A stretch of DNA of 64,000 nucleotides, from contig JBGANF010000001.1 of NCBI GenBank assembly GCA_044222475.1, forward strand, positions 144,391 to 208,390, given 5' to 3'. Below the pieces are notes generated by a model. It worked only from the letters and a program-made list of their open reading frames with translations. It had not been told where the DNA came from and did no database searches. Positions 10,038 to 20,443 of the stretch are shown one piece after another. Made by a program: the position numbers and the translations under genes. Numbering within the stretch: position 1 is the stretch's first letter; every line of letters begins with the position of its first letter. Source of the stretch: Polyangiaceae bacterium (GTDB lineage Bacteria; Myxococcota_A; Polyangia; Polyangiales; Polyangiaceae).

Positions 10038-10916
10038 TCAGAGCAGAGTCACGACGAGGGGGGCGTGATCCGAGGGAAGCACCGGCGTCCCCTCGGGGAG
10101 CGCGTCCGGGTCGAGGAGCCCGTCGTTCAGAAAACGGGCGTTTTGTACCTGTTTCGCGATGCCGGGGGTCAGGAGCACGTGATCGATCGCCGCCGGCGCC
10201 CCTCCGTGAAGGACGCTCCAACGGTCGGCCACGGGCACCCGCAGACCCACGTCTTCGAGCATGCCCTCCCCTTCCCCGAGCACCACCTCGAGCGGGACCG
10301 AGCCGCTCACGTCGTTGAAGTCGCCGCACACGCAGACGGCGTCCGTCGGCCGGGCGGCGAGGATCTCGTCGATGCCTTTGCGGAGAAAGAGCGCCTCGGC
10401 CGCGCGCTGGACGAGCGAGCGCAGATCGCCGGCAGCGCGCTCCGCCACCGTCGTCGGCTCGTGGTCCGTGCCGTCGCGCAAGGTGAGCGGCGTCGCGCGG
10501 CGCGACTTCCAGTGGAGGGAGAGGAACGTGATCGGACCGAGGTGTCCGCCGTCGATGCGGACGACGGGGATCGAGCGGCGCAGGCGCAGGCGCGCCCCGA
10601 ACGGCGCCGGGTCGTCTTCGTGGAACGCGGGAAACGGAAGCGTCGCCGCGTCGAGCACGGCGACGTCGAGGACCGCACGCTTGCTCGCGATCGCGCACGC
10701 GATGCCGCGCTTGTCGGCGCGACCGACCACCGGGTCCGAGAACCCGCCGCCACTCTTGGCGAGGATCGCGCGGAGCGCGTCGATCGAGCCGACCTCCTGG
10801 AACGCGATCACGTCGGCGTCGAGGCGACGCACGACCTCGGCGAGAGCGTCGATCTTGCGCTCGTCCTTGGGGTCGAAGAGGTCGAGGAGGTTGTAGGTCG
10901 CGACCGTGAGCGTCAT
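10038..10916 (-). CDS. Endonuclease/exonuclease/phosphatase family protein
   Basis: ATYNL, DADVIAFQEV, CGDFND, IDHVLL, SDHAPL. Confidence 0.92.
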   Translation of the reverse strand: MTLTVATYNLLDLFDPKDERKIDALAEVVRRLDADVIAFQEVGSIDALRAILAKSGGGFSDPVVGRADKRGIACAIASKRAVLDVAVLDAATLPFPAFHEDDPAPFGARLRLRRSIPVVRIDGGHLGPITFLSLHWKSRRATPLTLRDGTDHEPTTVAERAAGDLRSLVQRAAEALFLRKGIDEILAARPTDAVCVCGDFNDVSGSVPLEVVLGEGEGMLEDVGLRVPVADRWSVLHGGAPAAIDHVLLTPGIAKQVQNARFLNDGLLDPDALPEGTPVLPSDHAPLVVTLL

Positions 10917-10927
10917 GGCTGGATCCG

Positions 10928-11878
10928 ATGCTAGACTACCCATCGATGGATCTCCCGCGCGACGAATCGCTGAAGTTCCTGGTGTCCCGCTACGCCGGTC
11001 TCCTCGCACGGCACGGCGAAGCGTTCGAGGGCGTCGAGCTCGTGACCCCGACGGCCGAGCACTTCCCCGACGAGTTCGAGCGCGACGCGGACAGCGTGCT
11101 CGTCCTCCTGCATCGGATGGCCAGCTACGCCCCCCTCGACGACGAGATGGACCTCGAGATCGGGTTCTTCGAGCCCGAGGACGTGGAAGGCGGCGGCAAG
11201 AGTTGCTCGTCGGGCGCGTGCGCGACGCCGTCGGCGAAGGTTCGGGTCGACGGAGTGGAGCCCACGAAGACGGGCTATCGCATCCCGATCAACGTCGCCG
11301 ACACGGGCCACCCGACCGCGCTGACGACCGCCCTCGCCCGCAGCGTCGGCGCGATGGTGCTGGCCGAAGCCGAGGAAGAGTTCCCCCGAGCCGACCTCGG
11401 CGCCATGAGCGAGATCGCGGCCGCCGCGTGCGGGCTCGGTCCGCTGCTCCTCGCCGGGTCGCACCTCTACCGAAAGGGTTGCTCGGGCGCGAACGTCCAG
11501 ACGTACACCGCTCTCGACGTCGCCGAGACGGCGGTGCTCGTCGCGCTCGCGTGCGCCGTCAACGGCTGGAAGCCGAAGAAGGTCGCCGCCCACCTCGCGC
11601 CGACCCAAGCCGAGCTGTTCGACGAAGCGGTGGCCTGGGTCGAGTCGAACCAGCACCTCGTCGACGCGCTGAAGACCACCCCCGAGTCCCTCGAGGACGG
11701 CGTGATGGAGCTGCGCCCCACGCGGAGTTTCTTCGGGCGGCTCTTCGGCAAGAAGAAGAGCTCTGCCGCCGATCTCGCCGCCGCGCCTTCGTACAAGAAG
11801 CGCGAGCGGACGCCGGAAGAAGAGCGGCGCCTGGCCGAGGCCAAGGCCCTCGTCGAAGAGGCGCTTTCGGAAGAGTGA
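10928..11878 (+). CDS. Hypothetical protein
   Basis: Long ORF with strong GC3 bias. No family recognised. The start could be 10946. Confidence 0.75.
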   Translation: MLDYPSMDLPRDESLKFLVSRYAGLLARHGEAFEGVELVTPTAEHFPDEFERDADSVLVLLHRMASYAPLDDEMDLEIGFFEPEDVEGGGKSCSSGACATPSAKVRVDGVEPTKTGYRIPINVADTGHPTALTTALARSVGAMVLAEAEEEFPRADLGAMSEIAAAACGLGPLLLAGSHLYRKGCSGANVQTYTALDVAETAVLVALACAVNGWKPKKVAAHLAPTQAELFDEAVAWVESNQHLVDALKTTPESLEDGVMELRPTRSFFGRLFGKKKSSAADLAAAPSYKKRERTPEEERRLAEAKALVEEALSEE

Positions 11879-11899
11879 CCGCGTGCTAGCGTCGAATTC

Positions 11900-13585
11900 G
11901 TGGAACGCCAGGCTCCGGTAGCTCCCTCCGACGAGATCGATCTCTACGTCCGAACCTACAACTCTCTGCTTCGTTCGAGCGGCCGGGTCCGCGTCCGCGC
12001 GTTCGAAGAGGCGCACGCGTACAGCGGCTCGTCGTTGCATCCGCGCGCGCTCTCCACCGAGGTCGATGCAGCGGCGTTCGCGTACGCGGCCGCGCGTCTC
12101 CCCGCCGAGATGCCGGGCGTGTCGCTGCTCGTCCTCGGCCAATCGCACGAGCTGTTCGAGGCCGAGCACTACCCCGTCCGCACGTGGAAGACGACGCGAA
12201 CGCGAGGTCGTCGGCGGCCGCTCCGTTGGGACGGCAAGGCCACGCTCGGGGTCTTCATCGCGAGCGTGAGCGACATCGACGATCTCGTGCCGATCGTGAC
12301 GGCGTACCAGATCGAGTGGAACAAGATGCACGCGCGGCTCCGCCACGTCGCCGGTCCCCTCGACGACGCAAAGCTCCGAGAGGCGCTCGCCCTCGACGAA
12401 GCCGGCATCGGCGCGCTCCACGGTGCCTTCGGGGCGCATTTCGCCGCCGGGGTCGAGGCGCTGCGCGCCCACGACTGCGACCTCACGGTGCAGATGCTGG
12501 CGTCGTCGTACTCGCAGTTCCAGCGCGCGGCGCAGCGCTGGTGGAGCGGCGTCGAGCCGCTGTACCTCCGCGAAGGGACGGTCCGACGGAGGCCGGTCTA
12601 TTTCGTCTCGTCGAACACTCACGCGATCGCGAACCTGGTGGGCGGTTACGCCTGGACCCACAAGGACGACATCATGAAGTTCGTCGAGGAGACGAACCCC
12701 GAAGGTTTGAAGGAGGAGCTCGATGCGGCGCTCGCCTCGAAGGACGAAGCCGCGCTCGCGAGCCTCATCCACTACCTGCTGCGCGCCTACATTCACGCCG
12801 ACCCGACCGGCAAGCGGATGAGCGCCGTGCGCGAGTTCGAGGCCGAGTGCGGGCTCGTCCATGTGAGCGAGCCCGGCCACATCGACGTGGACGTCCAGAT
12901 CATCGAGCTCGGCAAGATCGACACGACCCGCCTCGATCCGCGGCTGATCATGCCCGGCCTCGAGCGCATCACCCGGAGCGACGCGCTCGTCGTCAACATC
13001 GACTACCCGTTGGGGATGGCGGCGTACCACCTGCTCTCGCGCCTCGGTCAGGGCGTCGGCGAGATCCGCGGCGTCTACGTGATGGGCAAGGCGGCGACGC
13101 TCAACGGTCGCGTCGGAGACGTGATGCTGTCAGGGGCCGTCTACGACGAGCACACGCGCAACACGTTCCTGATCGACAACGGCTTCCGCGCGAAGGACGT
13201 GCAGCCGTATCTGCGGCACGGCACCGTGTTCGACAACCAGTCGGCGCTGACGGTGCGGAGCGCGTTCCTCCAGAACAAGAACTACATGAACGCGTTCTAC
13301 CGCGACGGGTACACAGTGCTCGAGATGGAGGCGGGGCCGTTCCTGGCCGCGATCTACGAGCTCCTCAGCCCGACGCGCGTGCGGACGAACGAGATCGTGA
13401 ACCTCGCCGGGAAGGCGCCGTTCGAGATCGGGCTCGTGCACTATGCATCGGATACGCCGTACTCGCGGCGGCAGGAGCTCCTCTCGAAGAGCCTGAGCTA
13501 CTTCGGCGTGGACAGCACCTACTCCTGCGCGATCGCGATCGTGCGTCGGATCCTGGAACGAGAGCTGGCGCGTGTGATTCGGTAG
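11900..13585 (+). CDS. Conserved hypothetical protein (DUF6909-like) with a nucleoside-phosphorylase-like C-terminal region
   Basis: EIDLYVRTYNSLLRSSG N-terminus. VMGKAATLNGRVGDVM and VLEMEAGP resemble PNP/UDP-family motifs. Confidence 0.6.
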   Translation: MERQAPVAPSDEIDLYVRTYNSLLRSSGRVRVRAFEEAHAYSGSSLHPRALSTEVDAAAFAYAAARLPAEMPGVSLLVLGQSHELFEAEHYPVRTWKTTRTRGRRRPLRWDGKATLGVFIASVSDIDDLVPIVTAYQIEWNKMHARLRHVAGPLDDAKLREALALDEAGIGALHGAFGAHFAAGVEALRAHDCDLTVQMLASSYSQFQRAAQRWWSGVEPLYLREGTVRRRPVYFVSSNTHAIANLVGGYAWTHKDDIMKFVEETNPEGLKEELDAALASKDEAALASLIHYLLRAYIHADPTGKRMSAVREFEAECGLVHVSEPGHIDVDVQIIELGKIDTTRLDPRLIMPGLERITRSDALVVNIDYPLGMAAYHLLSRLGQGVGEIRGVYVMGKAATLNGRVGDVMLSGAVYDEHTRNTFLIDNGFRAKDVQPYLRHGTVFDNQSALTVRSAFLQNKNYMNAFYRDGYTVLEMEAGPFLAAIYELLSPTRVRTNEIVNLAGKAPFEIGLVHYASDTPYSRRQELLSKSLSYFGVDSTYSCAIAIVRRILERELARVIR

Positions 13586-13588
13586 GTG

Positions 13589-13614
13589 GCACCCCGGACT
13601 GAAGTCCCGGGTGC
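13589..13614. repeat. Solo REP-like palindrome between convergent genes
   Basis: GCACCCCGGACTGAAGTCCCGGGTGC has the same core as 7269-7290. Confidence 0.8.
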
Positions 13615-13616
13615 TC

Positions 13617-14039
13617 TCACTTCGCGGTCGCCAGCATCAGCGACTTCCACTGCTCGATCGAGAGCTCGGGGTAGATGAAGTCCCCCTCGAAGTTCGTGTG
13701 GTGCAGCATCAGCCGCGCGGCCAGGAAGATCGAGCGCGCGATCGCCTCCGGCTGGGTCGCCGCTTCGAGGTTCCGCGCCTCGGCGCGAATGCCGTCGTGG
13801 TGCTTCTTCGCGACGTCCACTTCGGGCTCGAGCCCGTGGTCGATGAGCTTCGGAAACATCATCGTCTCCTCGTAGTTCATGTGGCGCTCCATCGGACCTC
13901 GAAGGAACGCGAGGAGGCTGTCCTTCTCTCGAACGGCCGCGGCCGGATCGCGCTGGGCGAGCTCCATGAGGTGCCGCGCCATCCCGCGCGCGCGATCCTC
14001 GTCGGCGAAGAGGTCCGCCATCATCTTGTCGAAATCCAT
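13617..14039 (-). CDS. Hemerythrin-like (HHE) domain protein
   Basis: HMNYEETMMFP..HH..HHTNFEGDFIYP. Confidence 0.8.
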   Translation of the reverse strand: MDFDKMMADLFADEDRARGMARHLMELAQRDPAAAVREKDSLLAFLRGPMERHMNYEETMMFPKLIDHGLEPEVDVAKKHHDGIRAEARNLEAATQPEAIARSIFLAARLMLHHTNFEGDFIYPELSIEQWKSLMLATAK

Positions 14040-14063
14040 GGCCGTGGCGTAGCACAGTCGCGG

Positions 14064-15041
14064 TCAGCCGGGGACGAGGACGATCTTGCCCACCGTCGCA
14101 CGAGCCTCCATCGCGCGGTGCGCCTCGACGACGTCGGCAAAGCGATAGGTCTTCGCTCTCACGACGCGGACGCTTCGCTCGACGACCCACCGCGCGAGCT
14201 CCGCGATCTGGGGCGCGCAGAGGTCGACCTGATCGATGAGGGGGGTGAGGTAGTAGCCGCTCACGGCGAGGTTCTTGGTCATCAGACCCACCGGCTCGAC
14301 CGTGCCGCGGAGCTGCCCGCTGGCCGCGCCGTAGACGATCATGCGTCCGAACGGCGCGAGGCACGCGAGGTTGCGTTTGTACTGCTCCGCGCCGCCGACC
14401 ATCTCGAGCACGAGATCCACGCCGCGCTTGCTCGCGCCCTTCACCGACTGAACGAAATCGTCCTTCGTGGCGTCCACGACGAGGTCGGCGCCGAGCTCGC
14501 GCACGAGGCCCATCTTCTCGGCCGAGCCGACGGTGCCGACGACGAATGACGCGCCCATCTGCTTGGCGAGCTGCACCGCGAACGTCCCGACGCCGCCGGC
14601 CGCGGCGTGGACCAGCACCTTCTCGCCCTTCGCCATGCGCCCGAGCAGCCGGAGCACGTGCATCGCGGTCAGCCCCTGAACCGGGAGCGACGCCGCGTCC
14701 TCGAACGAGAGCCCGTTCGGCATCGGGTACACGTGCTCGGCACGCGCGACCATGACCTCGGCGTAGGCGTTCCCGCCGAGCGCCATCACCGGGTCGCCCA
14801 CCGCGATCCCGGTGACGCCTTCGCCGAGCGCGATCACCTCGCCCGATGCCTCCATCCCGGCGATCTGCGGGAAATTCGGCTTGATGAAGTACTCGCCCTT
14901 TCGAAAATGACCGTCGGCCCAGTTCACGCCGACGGCGCGGACTCGAAGGGCGACCTGACCGGGTTTGGGGGCGGGCTCCGGGACTTCGTCGACGACCATC
15001 ACCTCGGGGCCGCCGAGCGAGTGAAAGCGAACGGCTCGCAT
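14064..15041 (-). CDS. NADPH:quinone oxidoreductase (MDR family)
   Basis: GGPEV, GVNWAD, VLVHAAAGGVG, GKIVL. Confidence 0.92.
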   Translation of the reverse strand: MRAVRFHSLGGPEVMVVDEVPEPAPKPGQVALRVRAVGVNWADGHFRKGEYFIKPNFPQIAGMEASGEVIALGEGVTGIAVGDPVMALGGNAYAEVMVARAEHVYPMPNGLSFEDAASLPVQGLTAMHVLRLLGRMAKGEKVLVHAAAGGVGTFAVQLAKQMGASFVVGTVGSAEKMGLVRELGADLVVDATKDDFVQSVKGASKRGVDLVLEMVGGAEQYKRNLACLAPFGRMIVYGAASGQLRGTVEPVGLMTKNLAVSGYYLTPLIDQVDLCAPQIAELARWVVERSVRVVRAKTYRFADVVEAHRAMEARATVGKIVLVPG

Positions 15042-15092
15042 GAACCACGCATCATCGCACGTTTCCGGCCCGGCCGGAGTATCCTGCGGGTC

Positions 15093-15875
15093 ATGCTGGT
15101 GTCCGAGATCACCGACGCCCTCGAAGCGATCGCGCCGCTGCGCTTCGCCGAGAGCTGGGACAACGTCGGGCTCCTGGTCGGGAGCCCGGATCACTTGGTG
15201 ACGAAGGTCATCTTGTGCATCGACTACACCGACGCCGTCGCCAAAGAGGCCGACGCGAAGCGCGCCGATTTCGTAGTCGCCTATCACCCCATCATCTTCG
15301 ACGGGATCAAGCGCATCGCCGGCGACACGCTGATCTACGACGCGATCAAGAAGGGCCGCGCGATCTACAGCCCCCACACCGCGCTCGACATCGCCGAGGG
15401 CGGCACGAACGACGTCCTCGCCGACGCGGTCGGGATGACGGCGCGCCACCCGCTTCGCAAATTCGGCCGCCGCAAGGACGACGAAGAGAACATGGGCCTC
15501 GGGCGAGTGGGACCGGTAAACGCGCGCACCCGCGCCGACCTGGTCGCTCAGGTGAAGACGAACCTGAAGCTCGCGACCGTGCTCGTCGCAGGACCGGCCG
15601 ACGGGCCGGTGAACATGGTCGCCGTGTCCGCCGGATCCGCCGGCGACATGATCAAGGACGCGCAGCGCGCCGGCGTCGACCTCTACGTCACCGGCGAGCT
15701 GCGCCACCACGACGCGATCTGGGCGGCCGCGCGCGGGATGACGGTGGTGTGCCTTCGCCACTCGACGAGCGAGCGCGCCGTGCTCGTCCGCCTCGCGCAG
15801 CTGCTGCGCGAGCGGCTGCGCGGGCTCGACGTGATCCTCAGCGAGTCGGACGCGGACCCGTTCCGCTTCGTTTGA
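15093..15875 (+). CDS. Nif3-like dinuclear metal centre protein
   Basis: AESWDNVGLLVG, YHPIIF, HTALD, YVTGELRHH, H..SE. Confidence 0.93.
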   Translation: MLVSEITDALEAIAPLRFAESWDNVGLLVGSPDHLVTKVILCIDYTDAVAKEADAKRADFVVAYHPIIFDGIKRIAGDTLIYDAIKKGRAIYSPHTALDIAEGGTNDVLADAVGMTARHPLRKFGRRKDDEENMGLGRVGPVNARTRADLVAQVKTNLKLATVLVAGPADGPVNMVAVSAGSAGDMIKDAQRAGVDLYVTGELRHHDAIWAAARGMTVVCLRHSTSERAVLVRLAQLLRERLRGLDVILSESDADPFRFV

Positions 15876-17696
15876 TCAGCCCGACTCGGGGCCGGCGTCG
15901 AGGTGGCGCGTCGACTTCGGCCCGTGCGCGCGGAGATAAGCGCGAGCGATGGTCGACTCGTCGATGAAGCCCACGATGGTCCCACCACCGTCGACGACGG
16001 GCAGCTCTCTCAGCTTCGACGATCGCATCAGCTCGAACGCAGTGCGCAAGTCGCTGTCGATCGTCAGGCTCACCGGCGGACGCATGAGGTCGGACGCGGT
16101 GACGAGGAGGAGGAGCTCCGGCTCGGCGACGAGTGTCCCGAGATCGCCCTGGGTGATGACGCCGACGAGGTGACCGGCGTCGTCGACGACGGCGTGGACT
16201 TCGCGCCGGGATCCCTCGGTGCGCTCGATGATCTCTCCGGCCGTCGTCGCGGTACGGAAGGTGACGAACGGCTCGTCCCTCTCGACGAAGTGGGCCAGCG
16301 CGAGCTCGTCGAGCGTATCGAGCGCGGCGCGATCGCCGAGGTGCACGTCGTCTTGGGCGAGCAGCGCTTCGTAGATCGGCTCGGGTCGCCAACGACGCGC
16401 CAGGACGTACGCGCTCATGTTGGCGATCATGAGCGGGAGGATCAGCCCGTAGCCGGACGTCATCTCGACGATGATGAGGACGCTCGTCATCGGTGCGCGG
16501 ATGGTCGCACTGAAGACCGCCCCCATGCCGACGAGCGCGAACGCGCCGAGCGCGGCGTCGGGGTGGTTGAAGATGGTGCGGTCGAGCGAGCCGAACGCGC
16601 CGCCAATCATCGCGCCGATGAACAGCGACGGGGCGAAGATGCCGCCAGCGCCGCCGCTCGAGTACGAGAACACCGTGGCGATCAACTTGAGCACGCAGAG
16701 CACGAGCATGACCTTCACCGGTAGCTCGCTCGAGAGCGAGGCCTTGAGCTGGTCGTACCCTCCGCCCGTGATCCCGCCGACGTGGAGCCAGCGCAGTGAA
16801 GCGACGGCCAGCAGCCCGGTGACGAGACCGCCGATGGCCGGCTGGAACTGGGGCGGCACGAGCTTCTGCTTCCGGATCCGGCGGCGAACCGCGAGCAGCG
16901 AGTCGGTGAAGACCACCGACGCCATCGCGGCCACCACGCCGAGGAGCGCGTAGAGGATCAGCGACCGCGCGTCGTCGAGGGCGAACGGATGAGGGATGTC
17001 GAAGACGGGGTGAGTACCGAGCGCGCTCCGCTCGATCACGGCGGCGACTGCTGCCGCGATGATGACGCCCGAGAGCACGGTCTGATCGAGCTTCCCCACG
17101 AGCTCTTCGATCGTGAACGTGACCGCCGCGATCGGTGCGTTGAACGCCGCCGCGATCCCAGCAGCCGCGCCGACCGGGATGAGTCGACGCCGGTTCTGCG
17201 GCGAGAGCTGAGCCAAGCGGCCGAGCGCGCTCGCCACTCCCGCGCAGATCTGTACGGTCGGCCCTTCCCGTCCCATCGACGATCCGGATCCGATTTGAAG
17301 CGCGCCGAGGAAGAACTTTCCGACCGCATCTCGAAAGCGCACGACCCCCACGCGTGATGCATAGGCGACCTTCACCTGCGGAATCCCGCTGCCGCGTGCA
17401 CCAGGTACGACCCAATGGAGGAGCATGCCCACGATCAAGGCACCCAAGGTGGGCGAGAGCACGCCGAAGAGCATCCACCAGCGACCGGGAGCCGCAAGGG
17501 CGCGCTCGACGAGCTGGCGTTCGACGAGCTTGATGGTCAGGTGAAACGCGACTGCGGCGAGCCCGCAGAGGACGCCGATCATGATCGTGAGGGCGAAGAG
17601 GCGCTGCGACTCCGACGGCGCGAAGCGGAGCTCGGTGCGAAGAAGTGCGGCGCGAGCTCGTTCGAGCCAACCGCGAGCGCGGGCGACGACGCTCAT
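15876..17696 (-). CDS. CLC chloride channel/antiporter with CBS domains
   Basis: GSGIP, GREGP, GGIFAP signature motifs and a C-terminal CBS pair. Confidence 0.95.
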   Translation of the reverse strand: MSVVARARGWLERARAALLRTELRFAPSESQRLFALTIMIGVLCGLAAVAFHLTIKLVERQLVERALAAPGRWWMLFGVLSPTLGALIVGMLLHWVVPGARGSGIPQVKVAYASRVGVVRFRDAVGKFFLGALQIGSGSSMGREGPTVQICAGVASALGRLAQLSPQNRRRLIPVGAAAGIAAAFNAPIAAVTFTIEELVGKLDQTVLSGVIIAAAVAAVIERSALGTHPVFDIPHPFALDDARSLILYALLGVVAAMASVVFTDSLLAVRRRIRKQKLVPPQFQPAIGGLVTGLLAVASLRWLHVGGITGGGYDQLKASLSSELPVKVMLVLCVLKLIATVFSYSSGGAGGIFAPSLFIGAMIGGAFGSLDRTIFNHPDAALGAFALVGMGAVFSATIRAPMTSVLIIVEMTSGYGLILPLMIANMSAYVLARRWRPEPIYEALLAQDDVHLGDRAALDTLDELALAHFVERDEPFVTFRTATTAGEIIERTEGSRREVHAVVDDAGHLVGVITQGDLGTLVAEPELLLLVTASDLMRPPVSLTIDSDLRTAFELMRSSKLRELPVVDGGGTIVGFIDESTIARAYLRAHGPKSTRHLDAGPESG

Positions 17697-18622
17697 GGCG
17701 AACCGCGGAAGCCAATCGGCACGACGAAGACGCTCCGTCGAGCCTCCGTCACGATGGTTTCGACCGTCGTTCGCTCGTCGGGGCGCGCGAGGCCATCCCG
17801 CATGCCCACGACGACGAGATCCGCATCTTGCTCCCGAGCCACCTCCAGGATCGCCTGCGCGGTGGCGCGCCTTCCGAGCAGGAGGGCGTCCACTCCGCCC
17901 ATCGAACGCGCGAGCGCCTCGAGCAGCGACCGACGCTCGTCGATGCCGGTCGGCTCCGCGCGCTCGTCGTGAGGGACGTTGGAGACGAAGGTGACCGGCG
18001 CTTCGAACCGCGTTCCCAACGACGCCGCGCGACGGAGGACCGGGTACGTGTCATCGACGAGATCGGTCGCAGCGACGATCCGATTCGACGTCGTCGGTGG
18101 GCGTGCGACCAGCACCGGCTTTCGAGTGCTTGCCACCAGGCGATCGGCGAGCCCGAACGAGGCGCGGCGAGCGTCGGGGGACTCGCTCCCGACCACGAGG
18201 AGGATCGCCTTCCGTTCCTTCGCGACCCCGGCGAGGACGTTGACGACCCTGCCCGGCCGCACGACGACATCGGCCTCGGGGACGCGATGTCCTAGGACGA
18301 CGCTGCACCACTCACCGACCGCTCGCGTCAACCGACGGAGGCGCGGCTTCGGGTCGGGTGTCGCCGTCGTCTGAATGCGAGACGAAGGCGTCGGGCCATC
18401 GACCGCATGCACCACGACCATCCGCGCACCGAGGATGCGAGCGAGCGCGTCGGCGCGGCGGGTCGCGGTGGCGGAGGCCAGACCGAGAGACGAACCCACG
18501 ACGAGGACCGGCTTGCGCTCGCGGAGCACTCGATCGACGAGAGACACGGGATCCCGGGCCGACCGAGACCTCCTGCGCGCGAGCACCGAGTGGTGGGATG
18601 GAGGAAGCGATCGCGATCTCAT
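17693..18622 (-). CDS. Universal stress protein (tandem USP domains)
   Basis: IVAATDL, ADLVVVG, RRSVFVVP. ATGA overlaps with both GH15 and CLC. Confidence 0.8.
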   Translation of the reverse strand: MRSRSLPPSHHSVLARRRSRSARDPVSLVDRVLRERKPVLVVGSSLGLASATATRRADALARILGARMVVVHAVDGPTPSSRIQTTATPDPKPRLRRLTRAVGEWCSVVLGHRVPEADVVVRPGRVVNVLAGVAKERKAILLVVGSESPDARRASFGLADRLVASTRKPVLVARPPTTSNRIVAATDLVDDTYPVLRRAASLGTRFEAPVTFVSNVPHDERAEPTGIDERRSLLEALARSMGGVDALLLGRRATAQAILEVAREQDADLVVVGMRDGLARPDERTTVETIVTEARRSVFVVPIGFRGSP

Positions 18623-20385
18623 AGGAGCTCGGACCACCTCGGCGCAGCCGCGAACGCCGCGCGGATGAGCCCCACGTGGGAGTACGCCTGTGGATGGTTG
18701 CCCCACATCACTCCGGCCACCGGGTCGAGGTCCTCGGACAAGAGACCGAGGGGCGACGACGCCGCGCGCGTGCGTTCGAAGAGCGCGCGAGCTTCTTCGC
18801 TCCGACCCAGGACGGCGAGCGCCTCCACGAGCCAAAAGGTGCACAGCGCGAAGGCGACGACCGGAACGCCGAACCCGTCGTTGGTGCGGTAGCGCTTGAG
18901 CCATCCGTGATGACCGAGGTCTTCTTGGATCGCCGCCACGGTGGACTGGGCGCGCGGGTCGGACGGGAGGAGGAAGCGGAGCGGGATTGCTTGAAGCAGG
19001 GCCGCATCGACCTCGGTCCCACCGAGCTCGGCGACGAGGCACCCTCGCTTCGGATCCACCGCATCGCGAAGGGTGGCTGCGCGGATCTCATCCGCTGCAG
19101 CGACGAACTCGGCCGCGAGCGAGGGACGGTGGACGGTGGCGATGCGAGACATTCGGTCGGCGGCGGCCCAGCACATGAGCGAGCTGAACGTCTGCGGGCG
19201 CCACCCTTCGCGAAACTCCCAAATGCCCGCGTCCGGTTTTCCCGCGACCGCGATGGCCTTCCGAGCCAAGCGCTCCACCAGGTCTAGAACGGGCGCGGTG
19301 ACTTGCCCGCGGAATCGGGCGTCGAGGAAGAGCGGAGTGAGCGCGAGGACCATCTCCCCGAAGACGTCGTTCTGTCGATGGGTCGCGGCGCCGTTGCCGA
19401 TCCGCACCGGCTTCTCGCCCTGGTATCCCGGCCAGTCACCGAGGATGTGCTCCTCCAAGTCCGCCTTGCCGTCGATCCGATAGAGCGGGCGAAGATCCAG
19501 ATCGTCCGCGGAGCCGACGACGTTGAGCAAGTAGCGAAGGAACTGCTCGCGCTCCTCGAACTGACCGAGGTAGCCGAACGCTCCGAGCGCATAGAATGCG
19601 TCGCGTAGCCAACAGTAGCGATAGTCCCAGGTCCGGCCGGAGCCGGGTGACTCGGGGATCGACGTCGTGAGCGCGGCGACGATCGCGCCCGTGTCTTCGA
19701 AGCAATGCAGCTTCAGGGCGAGCGCGGAGCGGATGACCTCCTCTTGGTAGAGCGGCGGGACCTCGCAGTGTTTGACCCAGCGCTCCCAGTGAGCAACCGT
19801 CTCGCGCAGAAACGTGTCGCAGAGCGGTGCGAGCGGCTCTTCGACCGGCGCGCCCCACGCGAAGACGAGGTGCTGACGTTCGGTGAGCGCGAACGGCTCG
19901 CCGTCGAGGTACGACAGCGGGAAGTCCGTCGTGAGGCGGACGTTCGCGTCGTAGCCGTGGAACGCGATGTGGTGCGAGCCGTTCTCCCGTCGGGGCCGGG
20001 TGCGCGTCCACCCCAGAGCTGGATCGCAGGCCACTCGAATGCGCGGCGCTCCGTGGAGCGGCTCGACGATGCGGACGAGCTTCGTGGGGCGAAAAGGACG
20101 GTCGTAGAGGATGAACCGCGGTGCGAAGTCGAGGACACGAAAGGAGCCGTCCGCCGTATCGAAGCGGGTCTCGAGCACGTTCGTGTTCGGGAGGTAGCGT
20201 TGCGTGCCGACCTCTCGGCTCGCCGGGGAGACCACGAATCGCCCCCCCTCGCGCTCGTCGAGCAGCGCACCGAAGACCGGGGGCGAATCGAAGCGCGGCA
20301 TGCACGACCACACGATCGCTCCGTCTCGCCGTACGTGAGCTGCAATCTGGCAGTTCCCGATGAGACCGAGGTCCGCGAGCGACAT
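18619..20385 (-). CDS. Glycoside hydrolase family 15 (trehalase/glucoamylase-like)
   Basis: WDYRYCWLRD, DAGIWEFR, GLLSED, GNHPQAYSHVGLI. Confidence 0.93.
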   Translation of the reverse strand: MSLADLGLIGNCQIAAHVRRDGAIVWSCMPRFDSPPVFGALLDEREGGRFVVSPASREVGTQRYLPNTNVLETRFDTADGSFRVLDFAPRFILYDRPFRPTKLVRIVEPLHGAPRIRVACDPALGWTRTRPRRENGSHHIAFHGYDANVRLTTDFPLSYLDGEPFALTERQHLVFAWGAPVEEPLAPLCDTFLRETVAHWERWVKHCEVPPLYQEEVIRSALALKLHCFEDTGAIVAALTTSIPESPGSGRTWDYRYCWLRDAFYALGAFGYLGQFEEREQFLRYLLNVVGSADDLDLRPLYRIDGKADLEEHILGDWPGYQGEKPVRIGNGAATHRQNDVFGEMVLALTPLFLDARFRGQVTAPVLDLVERLARKAIAVAGKPDAGIWEFREGWRPQTFSSLMCWAAADRMSRIATVHRPSLAAEFVAAADEIRAATLRDAVDPKRGCLVAELGGTEVDAALLQAIPLRFLLPSDPRAQSTVAAIQEDLGHHGWLKRYRTNDGFGVPVVAFALCTFWLVEALAVLGRSEEARALFERTRAASSPLGLLSEDLDPVAGVMWGNHPQAYSHVGLIRAAFAAAPRWSELL

Positions 20386-20405
20386 GGGATGGGTCTATCA
20401 CAAAT

Positions 20406-20423
20406 TGATTGGATATCCAATCA
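20406..20423. promoter_or_regulatory. Perfect 18-bp palindrome, probable operator (MarR candidate)
   Basis: TGATTGGATATCCAATCA lies in the short divergent gap between GH15 and otsA. Confidence 0.75.
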
Positions 20424-20443
20424 TCACGAGCTATCCTCGGTGG

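Noticed and set aside
8439..13030. Long antisense ORFs (831, 699 aa and similar ones throughout)
   Set aside because: Stop-poor shadow frames typical of high-GC DNA, lying opposite well-supported genes.
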